Origin: Octopus vulgaris
Lineage: Eukaryota
Direction of reading: 5' to 3'
Assembly: GCA_951406725.2 (NCBI GenBank)
Contig: OX597815.1
Location: 147,312,001-147,376,000, forward strand
DNA length: 64,000 bases
Made by a program: the position numbers and the translations under genes. Numbering within the stretch: position 1 is the first letter of the stretch; every line of letters begins with the position of its first letter. Of this stretch, positions 11,706 to 26,519 are shown piece after piece. Below the pieces are notes generated by a model, which saw only the letters and a list, made by a program, of their open reading frames with translations, was not told where the DNA came from and made no database searches.

Positions 11706-11781
<76 letters not shown>

Positions 11782-11787
<6 letters not shown>

Positions 11788-12247
11788 TGAATTGAAGAAA
11801 TGGAGTTGAACGAAGATTGAACAGAAATCGTTTTATTTCATTCTACACGTGTTTCGAAAGGCACAATTTACCAAATTCCGATTGAATAATGAGACCATAT
11901 TGTGTCTTTCTCTTCAGGAAGAAATAGGAAATCCGTTGGAAAAAACAAAAACAGAACAGAGGCGGAGCAAAACAAATCGAACTAGGCTCCTAAGAGCCCT
12001 TGGTAAATTGTGCCTTTCGAAACACGTGTAGAATGAAGTAAAACGATTTCTGTTCAATCTTCGTTCAACTCCATTTCTTCAATTCACTAATAATATTAAA
12101 ATTCAATTATCCGCACCAACGCACGGTTGCAACACCATATGGTTGTATCTCCAACCGTGCTGTCTTCTGCTGTGATTTTTGCTACCAAGGTATCGGTTAA
12201 ACTTTTGTTTAATCTGCAACAAGATTATTCATCTTTCTATTTCACAA

Positions 12248-12255
<8 letters not shown>
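11782..12255. mobile_element. Small non-autonomous fold-back element in (TA)n
   Basis: 93-bp inverted arms 11782-11874 and 12000-12092 (one mismatch), a ~160-bp unpaired tail on the right, an HHR, and (TA)n on both sides. Confidence 0.75.
11834..11926 (-). ncRNA. Type I hammerhead ribozyme in small fold-back
   Basis: Minus strand: TATTTCTTC-CTGAAGA-GAAAGACACAAT...ATTGTGCCTTTC-GAAAC ACGT GTA-GAATGAAATA. Confidence 0.8.
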
Positions 12256-12316
<61 letters not shown>

Positions 12317-13456
12317 ATATATAATTCACTATTTTATCATGTACATCCTAATTGGTTAAATATTCATATAAGCAATTAAGGTTGTTCAAATGCCTTTTCT
12401 CATCATTGGAAACCCCTTCAGTCAAATTCCTCGCCAAGTCTATTTCTTTTTCTGTCCCTTAGTTTGTAAGTTTGCGCTGTTATATTTTGAGTGAGAATGT
12501 GAGCGTGTGGAAGAGAGATAGAGAGAAAGAAAGGGTGTTTATGAGTGTGCTTAAGAGCATTTTAGTGTTATAACGGATCAGATCATTATAGTACAGTTTA
12601 TTTATTGAGAATGCCACTCTGTGTGCGTGTTTTGTGTATGTGTGTTTGTGTGCATGTGTGTGTGTTTGTGTGCATGTATCCTTGCGTGTTTGTGTGCAAG
12701 AACTCAAAAACACCCTAATTGACAGACACTACCCAGTTCAACTCACAGAGGATGGAATCGACGTGCAATACACCTTCCCCGAAAATACTAACGTACATAT
12801 CCACATACAACCTCAGAAACAAAGAAGCCTTCACCGACTTTTCTCTCAAAGAAAGAGATATTGAAGTCATGAATGTGTACATATGTACATGCACGTATAA
12901 CAAATATTATTTTAATAACAGAATAATTAGGGAACCCACTGGTAAATTCATTATTTATCAACTAAATGAAACACCGTGATCAGATTATTCTAAGATACTT
13001 TATTTAGTGAAAACAGAAATTAAAATGTACTTTCACAGAATAAAATCTAAAATAAAACAGAAGAAAATCCAATATGAAATACATGAATAATTTCCCCAGA
13101 GTCTAACAGCAGATATCATTTGAACACGAATGATTTCAACAAAAACGTAAATCAAAACTTTTCCAATGAATACAACTTAAGCAAGAACGCTATTTAATTC
13201 CTGTAATTAGTTCTTGATTGCATCAATAAAACGGATTATCTCTTTTTAATCAGAGGAAATTTAATATCGTAGCATCATAAAACTACAATCCTGAACATTA
13301 AAATATCTGCAAGTAGAGTGAGTATACATAGGATGTGCATGCTTGTTTGTGTATAATCGCGACGGGATGTGTATCTGTATTGGAATGTCTGTACACACAC
13401 ATATCTGTCATAGACTTTAAATGCATGCGCATACACAACACATATACATGCATATT

Positions 13457-13517
<61 letters not shown>

Positions 13518-13947
13518 ACTGCTTTGCTTATATATACATACATGCATATATCTGTACATATATGTGCCTACTGCCTTGCACCTAGAGTTATATGAACACT
13601 GTTATAAGTCGGAAATGGAAGATGAATTAGCGGTGTCTAACATTCTAAATTTGAATCAAGTTCACCAAAATCATTTAAGATATGGGCATAAAATTACTCC
13701 TTACATTCTCAATTGTGTGGTGCATAAATATAATATAACTTCTAAAACCTAACGTCTGTCAGTGTGGTGTTTATATATGTCCCTGTGCGGTTAATTCTTT
13801 AATCGTTATACGCTAGAACACTGCGTTGTACGTTCTTTAAGTTTATGCTTATGTAGGCTGGTATCGCCCCAACCTTTGAGAGTGAAATTCAGGTACTTCC
13901 ATCTTGTACTATTGAGTTAGGGAAATACATTGCCTATTATTAATTAA

Positions 13948-14003
<56 letters not shown>

Positions 14004-14262
14004 ACTATTATTTGAGGGAATAAAATCCAAACTTACAAGGAAAAAGAATTCAATTTAGAAATACTAAATCAAATTCCACACAATATAATACATATATATA
14101 AATTTATTTTAAAAAATCACCTTTTATCAATTCAAAATGAATAATTAAATTACACCATCTAGGTAATTACATATAATAGTATAGTTAAAAATAAAATAAC
14201 AATTAAAAAGTAAAGATTAAGTAAATTACAAAAAAAATATAATGTATATAATAGGTAGAAAA

Positions 14263-14347
14263 ACGACATGTGTATCGCTGCTATATTTAAGAAATAATAA
14301 TAGTAGTAGATAAATCAGTTGCATATAAATATAGTCACTCATCAGGT
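14263..14347 (-). ncRNA. Degenerate hammerhead ribozyme
   Basis: Minus strand: AC-CTGATGA-GTGACTATATTTA...TAAATATAGCAGC-GATAC ACAT GTC-GT. GAAAC is mutated to GATAC and stem I is weak. Confidence 0.5.
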
Positions 14348-14387
14348 AAAAAATATAATAGAACAGTAAAATAATTAATATATATAC

Positions 14388-14435
<48 letters not shown>

Positions 14436-14639
14436 GAAAATTGTAAATATACATAATTGAAAAATAAAATAATACTTCAATAATTAAATACTTTAAAATT
14501 AAATAAAATACACAAAGCTATTACAAGTCATTAAATTGTAATCAAAATAAGAAATGTTTCAAATATAGTCAAACTCCTTACATAAGCTAACCATATAATA
14601 AATATACATGTGTAGTATCTATAGATTTAATATTACAAA

Positions 14640-14793
14640 CTATAACAAAACAGACATATGTGCAAAACATAAGTCACCCTAACTCCAAGTCTTACCACTC
14701 TACCTATTTTCAGCGAATACCAGAGATGAAGCAAGGATAAACAAATAAGATAATTTGATACAAAAGTACAAACCAAGACTTAACAAACTTTAA
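14640..14793 (+). pseudogene. Decayed PLE endonuclease C-terminus
   Basis: Reads QVLPLYLFSANTRDEARINK*DNLIQKYKPRLNKL*, which parallels IFPFYKL..ERKIREKNFIDKFEPKLNKQ* at the end of ORF2. Confidence 0.6.
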
Positions 14794-17465
14794 AAGAGTA
14801 CATTCTCAAATAACTATTCACACAGAAAACTCATCGTACACACTTATCATAAGGAACCTACAACCTAATAGAATGTGCCAAAGCAATAAATATCGAAAAG
14901 TACAAACCCAAGTACTGTTACAGACAAAATACAGAGATTCAGTCATATGTTACATGTGTTTGTTGTTATTACTCTAATTCTTGTCGTTATCTTATCGTTC
15001 ATATTTTATCTGAACCAAAATAGAGATTTCGATCGATTGAGATTTTCAAAGTTTGCTCATCATTTTTTGCTTCGTAGTACAACTAATCGAGGTATTAATC
15101 ACAAAAGTACTTTAAACATGTTCATATTAAATGTTTATATAAATATAAATATGTAAATAAATACATACATACACGCACACACACACACATATATAAATAA
15201 AAGTTTATGTTAAAAATACATTTTAATTGCTGTTTTCAATTAAGTTTTACTCTTAATTTTTAATGTCGTCTCGTTGTTGGTTTCCTCACACTTTTCATGA
15301 AACTTAACTTTTTAAACGATTTGAAATATATATAATACACACGCTCCACAGAAATATATTTAGAAGTTGTTAGTAAAATGTAAAACAATTCTATATGTTG
15401 CTTTCAATATTTATATGTATTTCAATATTATTTTCTAAATTAATTTTTAAGGTAAAATACATTTTTCATATTAATATCATAAGTTATAACTAAAATTGAA
15501 AACATTGTTGAACTTAATCATTCCTTGTCATTTCCATTTGAAATAGTTCAATACTCACCTTGCAATGACAATATTTTTGTTATGAAGAACAACTAAATAA
15601 CAACTTTCTTTTCTATATAAGGGAAACTATTTTCATGATTGATTAGAAACCGGTAGAGTGTTTTAGAAAATTGGACAATTATTGAGATTCCTTCATTGTT
15701 TTTCATACGCACGCACACAAACACAACACATATACTCTTTCATTCTCTCAGACGACGTATCTCGCAGAGTTGGGGACTGATTGGAACTCTGATTGATGAG
15801 TCACGTGAGATGGCCCGAGAATACACCGACAATTGGTGAACGTAACAATGCACTGCAATGGTGAACATCCCCAAACCTGACTTGATCTTACCCGACTTAA
15901 ATTGTGGTATATGCAAATCATAGAATGTGTATGCCTTTTTGTCGCTTCTTTTGCTGTTAGATTATTCGATGTATATTTTGCCTTTACCAACCCTTCAATA
16001 GGCATTATCTTCAGCAGTTGACTGTCATTCAACAAAACATTAATTTGAAAGTAAATTCTGAAGTTTGCAGGCTGAATGGCATGTGTTCGGGATTGTGATT
16101 ATGAAAACACGTCGTACTCATCTATATACATTTATAAATACATCCATGCTCAGTTTTTTTCTCATAAACTGCTAAGTTGTTACTCCTCAGATCAATATCA
16201 TATTTCCGATTCCAATATTTTTTCAATTGCATTCCGATAATGTATGTTGGTACAAAGAAAAACGCATTTATGCATGTGTATTGTGTGTGTTTATGTATGT
16301 GTGTCCGCGCGCGCGTGTGTGTTGCCTACAACTAGCTTGCTAAATCCATTTCTTCACATCTCGATTCAGCAGTTTTTCCCCTCGCAATATTTGATTCTTC
16401 GACGATTTCCAATTGAGCGGGCACGGTTCGGTCCTTTACAGTTGATTTTATTTTCTGTTATATGTATTTGTGCATGTATAGGTTTGATGGGTGTTCTTTT
16501 GAGAGTTCTTCCCTGGTAGCACTTTTCGCATATTGCATATCGTGCAACTGTTGGTAAATTGAGATGAAAACGTTGATTAATATGATCAATGTTCCTTACA
16601 CACATTTCCGATACGTTACATCTCAAGTGCCAGATGACTCCTAGTGATGCTCCTTGTTTTCTGGTTCTGTTATTTTAATGAATTATTTATGTGGATTTTT
16701 CAATAATTTCCTAATATTTTGGAATATATTAGTTGGATTTAATTTCTGGAAATTCATCGTAGATAATTAAATTTCAAGACTTCATACTAATACACTAGAT
16801 CGAACATGTGTTGCTGCAAATATCTTTCTAGAGATGGTTAGTGTAAAATAGTTGAACATATTCCTGTTTAATAAGATATGGCCGCAATTACTTAATTATT
16901 TGAAGGTAATTTTTAATTTCTAAAATTATGTGTTATATTCTACCTAAACTAATTAGTGTCTCGGTTGGTTAATCTGAGTCTGAAAAGTTTTAAGGAATGT
17001 ATGAGTTATTCCTTTCTTTCTTTTTTTTTTACAAAAGTTATCTGTCTGTGCGTCCATATTTTCGAACACTTCTAGGTCATTCTCTGTCTACAGTGCCGTG
17101 AAAATCCTAATAGTTCTCTTGTATCTGGTCTGCAAATATTTTCTAAATTGACGTCGGGACGATATTTCTTTTATATTATTTACTCAGAACGTCCTATGTT
17201 CACAGATAACATTATCTTCCATCTTTTTTTATCACCCATCTGACTGCAAACACGCGTCGTCACTGGGTTGATAGATGTAATGGAACCCATTTAATACATC
17301 CAAGTGCTCATTTTGTATGTATAGTACTCATTCAATTGGCTTCTTTTCGTGCATCGCTAAATTATGGTCCTAAGCAAACAAAGATTGGTTGTCAGGTTCA
17401 AGGTCGGATCACCACAAAGACACAATAACACGTATATGTATACATACATACATCCATACATACAG

Positions 17466-17515
17466 CAAAAACTGTCCGATGAACGGCAACGGGAAACTCA
17501 GAGTAACAGGTTTTG
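17466..17515 (+). ncRNA. Minimal hammerhead ribozyme just upstream of a (TA)n tract
   Basis: CAAAAACTGT-CCGATGA-A CG gcaa CG G-GAAAC TCAGA GTA-ACAGGTTTTG. Confidence 0.65.
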
Positions 17516-17541
17516 TTGAATTTTCTGCTGCTTTAAATAAA

Positions 17542-17645
<104 letters not shown>

Positions 17646-17655
17646 ATATAGAAGG

Positions 17656-17706
17656 AGCTTCTACAGGACTAGTACTGTTTCATTCAAGAGAAATCTTCAG
17701 GAAGCT
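17656..17706 (-). ncRNA. Type I hammerhead ribozyme (left arm)
   Basis: Exact reverse complement of 20670-20720. Confidence 0.85.
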
Positions 17707-17822
17707 ATTTAACAAGAATTGTATTAGCATTTATACATTTAGAGGAGTGGTGGTGGGGGACTTTTTGGGGGTAGGCATAGCGCAAAATATCATACTTGGG
17801 GGAGTGGTCAAGGTAATAAAAA

Positions 17823-17855
<33 letters not shown>

Positions 17856-18091
17856 AGATAAAATAAAAGAATAAAATAAAAAATATAAAAAATATAAAAA
17901 ATATAAAAAATATAAAAAATATATATAAAAAAATATATAAAAAAATATATATATATAAAATATATATATATAAAATATATATATAAAAAAAGGGGGATAG
18001 AGTTATAGGTAAATAAGGAGATTCTCACTTATACCTATACACACATGTATACGTATCTACACACACATACGCACATACACATATATCTACT

Positions 18092-18147
<56 letters not shown>

Positions 18148-18603
18148 ACACATACACACATACATACATACAAATATACATATACATATATATATATATA
18201 CAATCCAATACAGGCCCATTCCCTAATTTTAATTTTATTATCTTCATTTATTACTTTTGTTATCTTTGATCGCTAGGGCTAAGAATCCTGGCAATAGCTG
18301 CTTGTCCATTTGTCTGTCTACTAGAAGGCAAGTACTCATTCCCGCACTCACACTCATTAGCACGTACATTCACCCATTCGTACACTCATACACATACACG
18401 TACGCACGCGTTATATTCATACATACAAACATCTACATACGTTCACGTATATACACATACGTACTCGTACCTACAGATTCGTGTCTACACTTTAGGAGGC
18501 TAGTCTATACATATACACCAATAAATATACATATATATATATATATATATACCCGCATATACATACACACACACACATATATACTCCTACATACAGATAC
18601 ATA

Positions 18604-18661
<58 letters not shown>

Positions 18662-19166
18662 TACACATACATACACATACACACATACATATACACACAC
18701 ATACATACACATATATATACATACACAAACATATATACACACACATATATATACATACACACATACACACATACATACGTATACATACATACATACATCT
18801 ATACATCCATACTTACATGCATTTATACGCATACACACACCCATCTATATATATGTATATATATATATATATATATATACACACTCACACATACATATAC
18901 AAATCTACGCACACACATACATACATACACGTATACGCATACACGCACATACACATATACATGCGTACCCATACACGTGCACACACGCACGCGCATCCAT
19001 ATAAATACACACACACACATATATATATACACGTGTGCAAGCATACATACATACTCATACGCGCACACATACTTACAAATACATATATGCACACACTTAC
19101 ACACATATATATACATACACATATACATGCATACATACATATATGCATACATACACACACGCACTC

Positions 19167-19240
<74 letters not shown>

Positions 19241-19719
19241 ATGTATGCATAGACATGTATGCATGTATATGTGTATGTATATATATGTGTGTAAGTGTGT
19301 GCATATATGTATTTGTAAGTATGTGTGCGCGTATGAGTATGTATGTATGCTTGCACACGTGTATATATATATGTGTGTGTGTGTATTTATATGGATGCGC
19401 GTGCGTGTGTGCACGTGTATGGGTACGCATGTATATGTGTATGTGCGTGTATGCGTATACGTGTATGTATGTATGTGTGTGCGTAGATTTGTATATGTAT
19501 GTGTGAGTGTGTATATATATATATATATATATACATATATATAGATGGGTGTGTGTATGCGTATAAATGCATGTAAGTATGGATGTATAGATGTATGTAT
19601 GTATGTATACGTATGTATGTGTGTATGTGTGTATGTATATATATGTGTGTGTATATATGTTTGTGTATGTATATATATGTGTATGTATGTGTGTGTATGT
19701 GTATGTGTGTGTGTGTATA

Positions 19720-19779
<60 letters not shown>

Positions 19780-20238
19780 TATGTATCTGTATGTAGGAGT
19801 ATATATGTGTGTGTGTGTATGTATATGCGGGTATATATATATATATATATATGTATATTTATTGGTGTATATGTATAGACTAGCCTCCTAAAGTGTAGAC
19901 ACGAATCTGTAGGTACGAGTACGTATGTGTATATACGTGAACGTATGTAGATGTTTGTATGTATGAATATAACGCGTGCGTACGTGTGTGTGTATGAGTG
20001 TACGAATGGGTGAATGTACGTGCTAATGAGTGTGCGTGCGGGAATGAGTACTTGCCTTCTAGTAGACAGACAAATGGACAAGCAGCTATTGCCAGGATTC
20101 TTAGCCCTAGCGATCAAAGATAACAAAAGTAATAAATGAAGATAATAAAATTAAAATTAGGGAATGGGCCTGTATTGGATTGTATATATATATATATGTA
20201 TATGTATATTTGTATGTATGTATGTGTGTATGTGTAGG

Positions 20239-20281
<43 letters not shown>

Positions 20282-20669
20282 AGATATATGTGTATGTGCG
20301 TATGTGTGTGTAGATACGTATACATGTGTGTATAGGTATAAGTGAGAATCTCCTTATTTACCTATAACTCTATCCCCCCTTTTTTTATATATATATATTT
20401 ATATATATATATTTTTTATATATATATTTTTTTATATATTTTTTTATATATATTTTTTATATTTTTTATATTTTTTTATATTTTTTATATTTTTTATTTT
20501 TATTCTTTTATTTTATCTTTTTATTTTTTTATTTTTTATTTATTTTTTTATTTTTTTATTACCTTGACCACTCCCCCAAGTATGATATTTTGCGCTATGC
20601 CTACCCCCCAAAAAGTCCCCCACCACCACTCCTCTAAATGTATAAATGCTAATACAATTCTTGTTAAAT

Positions 20670-20720
20670 AGCTTCCTGAAGATTTCTCTTGAATGAAACA
20701 GTACTAGTCCTGTAGAAGCT
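20670..20720 (+). ncRNA. Type I hammerhead ribozyme (right arm)
   Basis: AGCTTC-CTGAAGA-T TTC tctt GAA T-GAAAC AG tactagtc CT GTA-GAAGCT. 6-bp stem I, GUA cleavage triplet. Confidence 0.85.
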
Positions 20721-20800
20721 CCTTCTATATAATAAATTAATTTTACTCTGCTATGTATTGAGTACCTTACTTACTGTGGTTAACCCCGAATCAACCCGGA

Positions 20801-20987
<187 letters not shown>

Positions 20988-21216
20988 GGCGGCGAGCTGG
21001 CAGACACGTTAGCGCGCCGATCGGAATGCTTAGCGGTATTTCGTCTGTCGTTACGTTCTGAGTTCAAATTCCGCCGAGGTCGACTTTGCCTTTCATCCTT
21101 TCGGGGTCGATAAATTAAGTACCAGTTTCTCACTGGGGTCGATGTAATCGACTTAATCCCTTTGTCTGTCCTGTTTGTCCTCTCTATATTTAGCCCCTTG
21201 TGGGCAATAAAGAAAT
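20988..21216 (+). mobile_element. SINE family A
   Basis: Near-identical to 4114-4345 (rc) and 32402-32632. Confidence 0.85.
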
Positions 21217-21232
21217 ATATATATATCTATAT

Positions 21233-21268
<36 letters not shown>

Positions 21269-21737
21269 ATAGATAGTAACAGAAAAGGAGGAATTTCGAT
21301 TAACCCCAGGTGGTAAGTTGTAATATATATATAAATAACAAATTAAAAAAGGAAAATACACACATTTTACATAGTTTGAATATAATTTTTAAAATATCAA
21401 CCTAATGTTTAGAGCAGGGGACTCGTGTTCGAGGGATCGCGGGTTCGAATCTCAGACCGGGCAATGTGTATGTTTATGAGCGAAGCACTTAAGCTCCACG
21501 CGGCTCCGGAAGAAGGTAATTGCGAAATTCTGCTGACTCTTTTACTACAAATTCCTCTCACTTTCCTCCTGGAACTTGCAGCTAACCTACGACGGAGCGG
21601 CGTCCCATCCAGGTGGGGAAGCTATACGCCAAGCAAACCGGGAAACCGGCCCTTATGAGCCAGGCGTGGCTCAAGAAGGAACAAACATTCATGATATTAA
21701 GGTTTTCTTATTTGAATATGTATTTTCTTAAGAAATT

Positions 21738-21877
21738 TTTGTCCATGTTGTGGGCGATGATATTTACGAGTGAATGACTTTACAAGTTGAAAAATAAGGG
21801 GACGTAATTGGTTATCATTTTTATTGTTTGTGTTGTTGGCAAGGGAGACAACTGTTCAGCTTTCGGTAAGGGCAGGG

Positions 21878-21932
<55 letters not shown>

Positions 21933-22462
21933 AAAAAATATTTCGAAAAAATTGCTTAGTGTGGGGATTCATGTACAGTGATGTAATTGTGTTCAGAATT
22001 TTTCGATGAAAAAAGTTTCTTTATTTAAACGTTCATGTGGAGAAATTGTGTCATTGCAGTGGTAGAAGGGGAAGTCTGTGAAATTTGGTTTGATGTTATC
22101 TGCAAATTTTTCTATATGATCACTGAGAGGAATTTGCCTGTATTGCGGGAAACGGATTTGCCTTTTATTACGAATGGTTCTCCGTCTCAAGGTCATACTC
22201 GTCTGTCCATATAGTTGTGTACGCAACCCGAGCAGGTTATGTAATGTGTAATTATGTACATCAACGTAATAAATCCCCTCTCTAAACAAGTTTTTTGAAA
22301 TTTTTTTTTTTGTGTATATATATATTCCCCTCCCCTTAGCGAAAGCTGAGCAGTTATCACACTTGCCCGCAACAATAACAATAATAACGATAACCAATTG
22401 CCTCCTTTCTATTTGTGAAGTCATTCACTCGTAAATATCATCATCCACAACATGGACAAAAA
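21738..22462 (-). mobile_element. Older truncated PLE with inverted copy of its 3' region
   Basis: Spacer 21993-22270 (minus) encodes frameshifted YITCSGC..Y/GQTSMTLRRR..QIR.PQYRQIPLSDH..FPFY..RLNKE.FFIEKF. Diverged inverted arms at ~21738-21990 and ~22250-22462. Confidence 0.75.
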
Positions 22463-22463
22463 C

Positions 22464-22593
22464 TATAAGCCTTTTCGCGTACTAGAAATAGACGCGAATA
22501 CCACATTAAAGAAATCCACGTTTCAGTTTTTGGAGATTTTAATGTGATTTTAACGTCTTTTGGCGTCTATTTCTAGCGCATGGAGAGGCTTAT
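22464..22593. mobile_element. Small MITE-like hairpin
   Basis: TATAAGCCTTTTCGCGTACTAGAAATAGACGC ... GCGTCTATTTCTAGCGCATGGAGAGGCTTATA, ~30-bp imperfect TIRs with TA ends. Confidence 0.55.
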
Positions 22594-22648
22594 ACCCAAG
22601 TCCTTGTTTTAAATTTTTATATAATTATTATAACACACAAACATACAT

Positions 22649-23705
22649 ATTGGGTTGGCAATTAATTTCCCACCCTTGAATTAAATAAAAATTCTTTAAA
22701 AGGATTAATAAAAATTAACATCTAATTAATCAATAATGTAGTCACCCTTCTTGTTTACAACTTCTTTCCAAAGTTCAACAATATTTTCAATACCTCTTTG
22801 GTAGAAATCACTCGATTTCAACTCGAAAAATCGATCCAACTAAGCTCTCAATTCTGCACCAGTATTGAACGAAACTCCGCGCATAGCACTTGAAAGAGAT
22901 GGATAGAGGAGGAAATCCGATGGTGCCAAATCAGGAAACTACGGTGGGTATGGTCTTTTCTCTTGAATAGCCGTATTGAGCCGTTCCATCTGTTGAACAT
23001 AGAGTTACGCGTTGTCCGTTTGGTTCCATTCAAGCAATTCGTAATGGATAAACCCTTCCCAGTCCCACCATACGCACAACACTGTTTTATGCGGATGAAG
23101 ATCTTGTTTCACCGGCGGTGTCACTTGTTTACCGGGGCTAAGCCATTCCTTACGCTGCTTCATTTTGATGTACAGGCACCATTTTTCGTCACCAGTAACA
23201 ATTCGGTAAAGAAATCGTTGAGCGGTGTCGTGCAAGCAAACCAGCGGTGATAGTGGCTTGTTGGTTTTCTTGTTGTCACTTAAAACATGCGGAACCTATG
23301 GTACATACTTCTTAACCATCGAGTGAAGATGCTTCTCTATAGCAGTGTGGGAGCATTCCATTTTTGAACATGTAATACCAATCACGAGTGGTTCTTTCAG
23401 CTATGGCACCCTCTCCATACACAGCACAAATGTCTCTAGCAGCTTTTGCGGCCTTGGAACCTTGATTAAAGGCAAAAAGAAGGAGGTGACGAAAGTGCTC
23501 GTTTTTCTTAACTTGACATTCCATTGTATTGATCTGAAAATAAACAAAAATTAACTGAAATTAACTAGAAAAAAAGAACGAAAACAAAGTAGATTCCAAA
23601 ACAAAAACAAGTCGAATTCTCGAAAAAAATAGATTCAAAAATTTCAAAACGCAATTAATTCCAAAATTTGAAAAAAACGGGGTGAAGCAAGTTGCCAGCT
23701 GAATA
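22649..23705 (-). mobile_element. Decayed, internally deleted mariner transposon
   Basis: Broken transposase: EHFRHLLLFAFNQGSKAAKAARDICAVYGEGAI..W..FKNG, RIVTGDEKW, HPHK..LCVWWD..G.IHYELL, and a PDLAPSD remnant. Ends TATTGGGTTGGCAA and TTGCCAGCTGAATA. Confidence 0.88.
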
Positions 23706-25762
23706 TATATATGCACGAAGGGCGCCCAAACAGTTTGATTGCGCCAGTGAAATCGATTGGCATGGCGTTGGAACGCCTGAAGCTAAGAAGACACTTGCTT
23801 GAGGTAGTCTGGTCGACATATGCATTCTAATATGTCACATTTAGGTAAGATATATATATTTGCCATTTTTACCGTTCACAACAGGAAGTGTTGATATTCT
23901 GTGCTCGTCTTATAGCTTCGTAAGTTTCATAGTTGATAACAGGAATGATATTTTGTCAGATACATGTATGTAGACATCCTCTTTATTGGTTAGTCTACAG
24001 ATTGCGTATGCAATAAAGTCGATTGGAGAGAATGCTTATGTCGAAGTATCTTTGTTTCTTATCATAAAATATCGTTCTGTTTTCCCTGTGCTAATTTCGA
24101 CCGATGTTTCCCTTGCTGTTGCTTTGTATAGGGAAAGTTTTCTTCTTTTTGCTGCATAAAATCAGTTTATTACCTTTTACTATTTCATAGTGACATTTTA
24201 ACGTCGATACCGCTTTCTTAACTAGTTACGTTTTACTTATTGAAACGTTTTTGTCCAATCAGGTCGAATGGGATTTTTCCGGCATTATATATCTTTGTGG
24301 AGAACTAAAGTGTAAAAAGACATAAGTGTCTCCTATTGGAATATCATCGCTGCGTTTTATTTGTGGTGCCGTGTTTCTATGTCATATGCTTGGTTAGCTC
24401 CTGAATATATTTGTGGATGTATTTCAGGCTCTCATATTTTAGATAGTTATGTGTGTTGTTTTGAATTCAGTTAGCAAAGTGGAATGAGAACTGTCTATCT
24501 ATTGAAATGTTTCATTGTAGATACGAAGACTGGGGTTAGCGTATAATGCGTATTTGAATTGAATTTAGTGATCCACAAGCTGTAAAAGAAATCTCTCTAT
24601 ATATATAAATACATACATTAATATCTACATATATACATACTCACACAAAAACACAAATATATAGACAGTAATAAACTTTTCTCTAAATTTTGCTGTATTG
24701 TTCACATATAAGAATTCGCAGGATAATATGTGAATGGAATACATCCAGTGTATTAACATACACGCACACGCACATACACACATACACAAACGCATACACA
24801 GATAGAGAAAATGCACGTACACTCATACACACACATACGCACACACCCATAATGACACTCGCTTACACACACTCTAATACAAGATTTTTTTGTATTTGTA
24901 CAATGGTGGAGAGAATGTCATTATAGTGTATGTTGCACAATGTTTGTAAACCATTGAAATTACTCAAAGAATTTTAAGAATTCTCAGTATTGAATAAATA
25001 CGCGTATAGAATAACACTAGATAGTGTAATATATGCTAATGAATGGAAGTGCGTCATTCTTAAAATGATGTATGTGGAGAATATCTTTTATACTTAATGC
25101 TTATGTAATAGAAATGCTTATACAGATGACCTAAAGTTGCTACACGATGACATTTTAAAACTACAATTCAGTTGATTTATAATTAGCAATCAAATTTAGT
25201 ACATTTTCATTCCATTGGTTTAGAGTATCCAATATGGCCTTGCTATCACATGAGATGTATCTGTTATTTCCGATTGCAAAATAAGTAGCTTCCTCGTTGA
25301 ACCGTTGTAACATGCAGGAAAATAGACCAGGGTTTTTGATGGCTAATCTTTTAGCATATTCTAGCGTTGATATCGATGTTGTCTAGTCAGCCACGTCAGA
25401 CAGAAAAATTATCCAAAGCGTTCCAGCTGTGACAACACCTTCTTCATTACCATTCTTGACAACTAGATTTATGTCTCAGAGTTTCATTTGCTAATCAGCG
25501 CTAAAACGATTCCAGTTCCGCTTCGCATTAAAATGAGTACGTTTCATCGATTCATTTGAATATAGTAAATGTAAATATTTTTCGTTTCATAAACACATAC
25601 ATACACACACGCGCGCACACTCACACACTCAGATAGGTATATAAAAATATGTATATCTAGTCACACACAAAGATATAAATATACATACTACAATGATGAC
25701 AGACACACACAGACACACAGACACACACACGCACACACACACACACACCTATATATATAATA

Positions 25763-26082
25763 AAGGCACCTGGTTTAGCGGTTAGGACATTCGGCTCACG
25801 ACCGTGCGGTCGTAAGTTTAATTCCGGGCGACACGTTGTGTCTTTGATCAGCATATTTCAGATTGCTCCAGTCCACTTTGTTGGCAAAAATGAGTAGTAC
25901 TTGTATTTCAAAAAAGGGCACGGTTTGTCACACTTTGTGTCATGCTGAATCTCCCTGAGAACTACATTAAGGGCACACATGTCTGTGGAGTACTCAGCCA
26001 CTTGCACGTTAATTTCACGATCAAGCTGGTCCGTTGTTCGTATCAGCCGGAACCCTCATCGTCGTTACCAACGGAGTGCTCT
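25763..26082 (+). mobile_element. SINE family E (partial copy 3686-3855)
   Basis: tRNA-like head, then GCTCCAGTCCACT..GGCAAAAATGAGTAGTAC..CACTTGCACGTTAATTTCACGA..ACGGAGTGCTCTT. Confidence 0.85.
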
Positions 26083-26456
26083 TGTCATATATATGTGTGT
26101 GTATGTGTGTGTGTGTGTGTGCGCGCGCGCGTATGTATGTATTTATGTATGGGTGCAAGGATGATACTCACACATACATTCATACATTCACACATACACA
26201 CATGTCGAAGAGCGTAGCCTCGATACGTACAAGACTTTCTCACTCCCCAGCGTTAAACTAATACATCTGTCTGTTGTATACACACCCATATTCGTCTTTT
26301 GTATGTTTTGTAAATTCTCACTACACACATACATACACACACACACAAACACATATGTATGTATGTATGTATGTATAAATATGTGTATATATATATATAT
26401 ATATCGATAGTTGGATAGACAGACAGATAGGTAGATATATATATATATATATATAT

Positions 26457-26519
<63 letters not shown>

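Noticed and set aside
15547-15600. Minus-strand splice donor AG|GTGAGTA suggesting a host exon
   Set aside because: Isolated signal with no supportable acceptor, reading frame or protein similarity.
18257-20126. Long ORFs of 331 and 413 aa, and the many YI/HT/CV-rich ORFs across the window
   Set aside because: Translations of TA/CA/TG microsatellites, which lack stop codons. The two long ones are simply mirror images in the palindrome.
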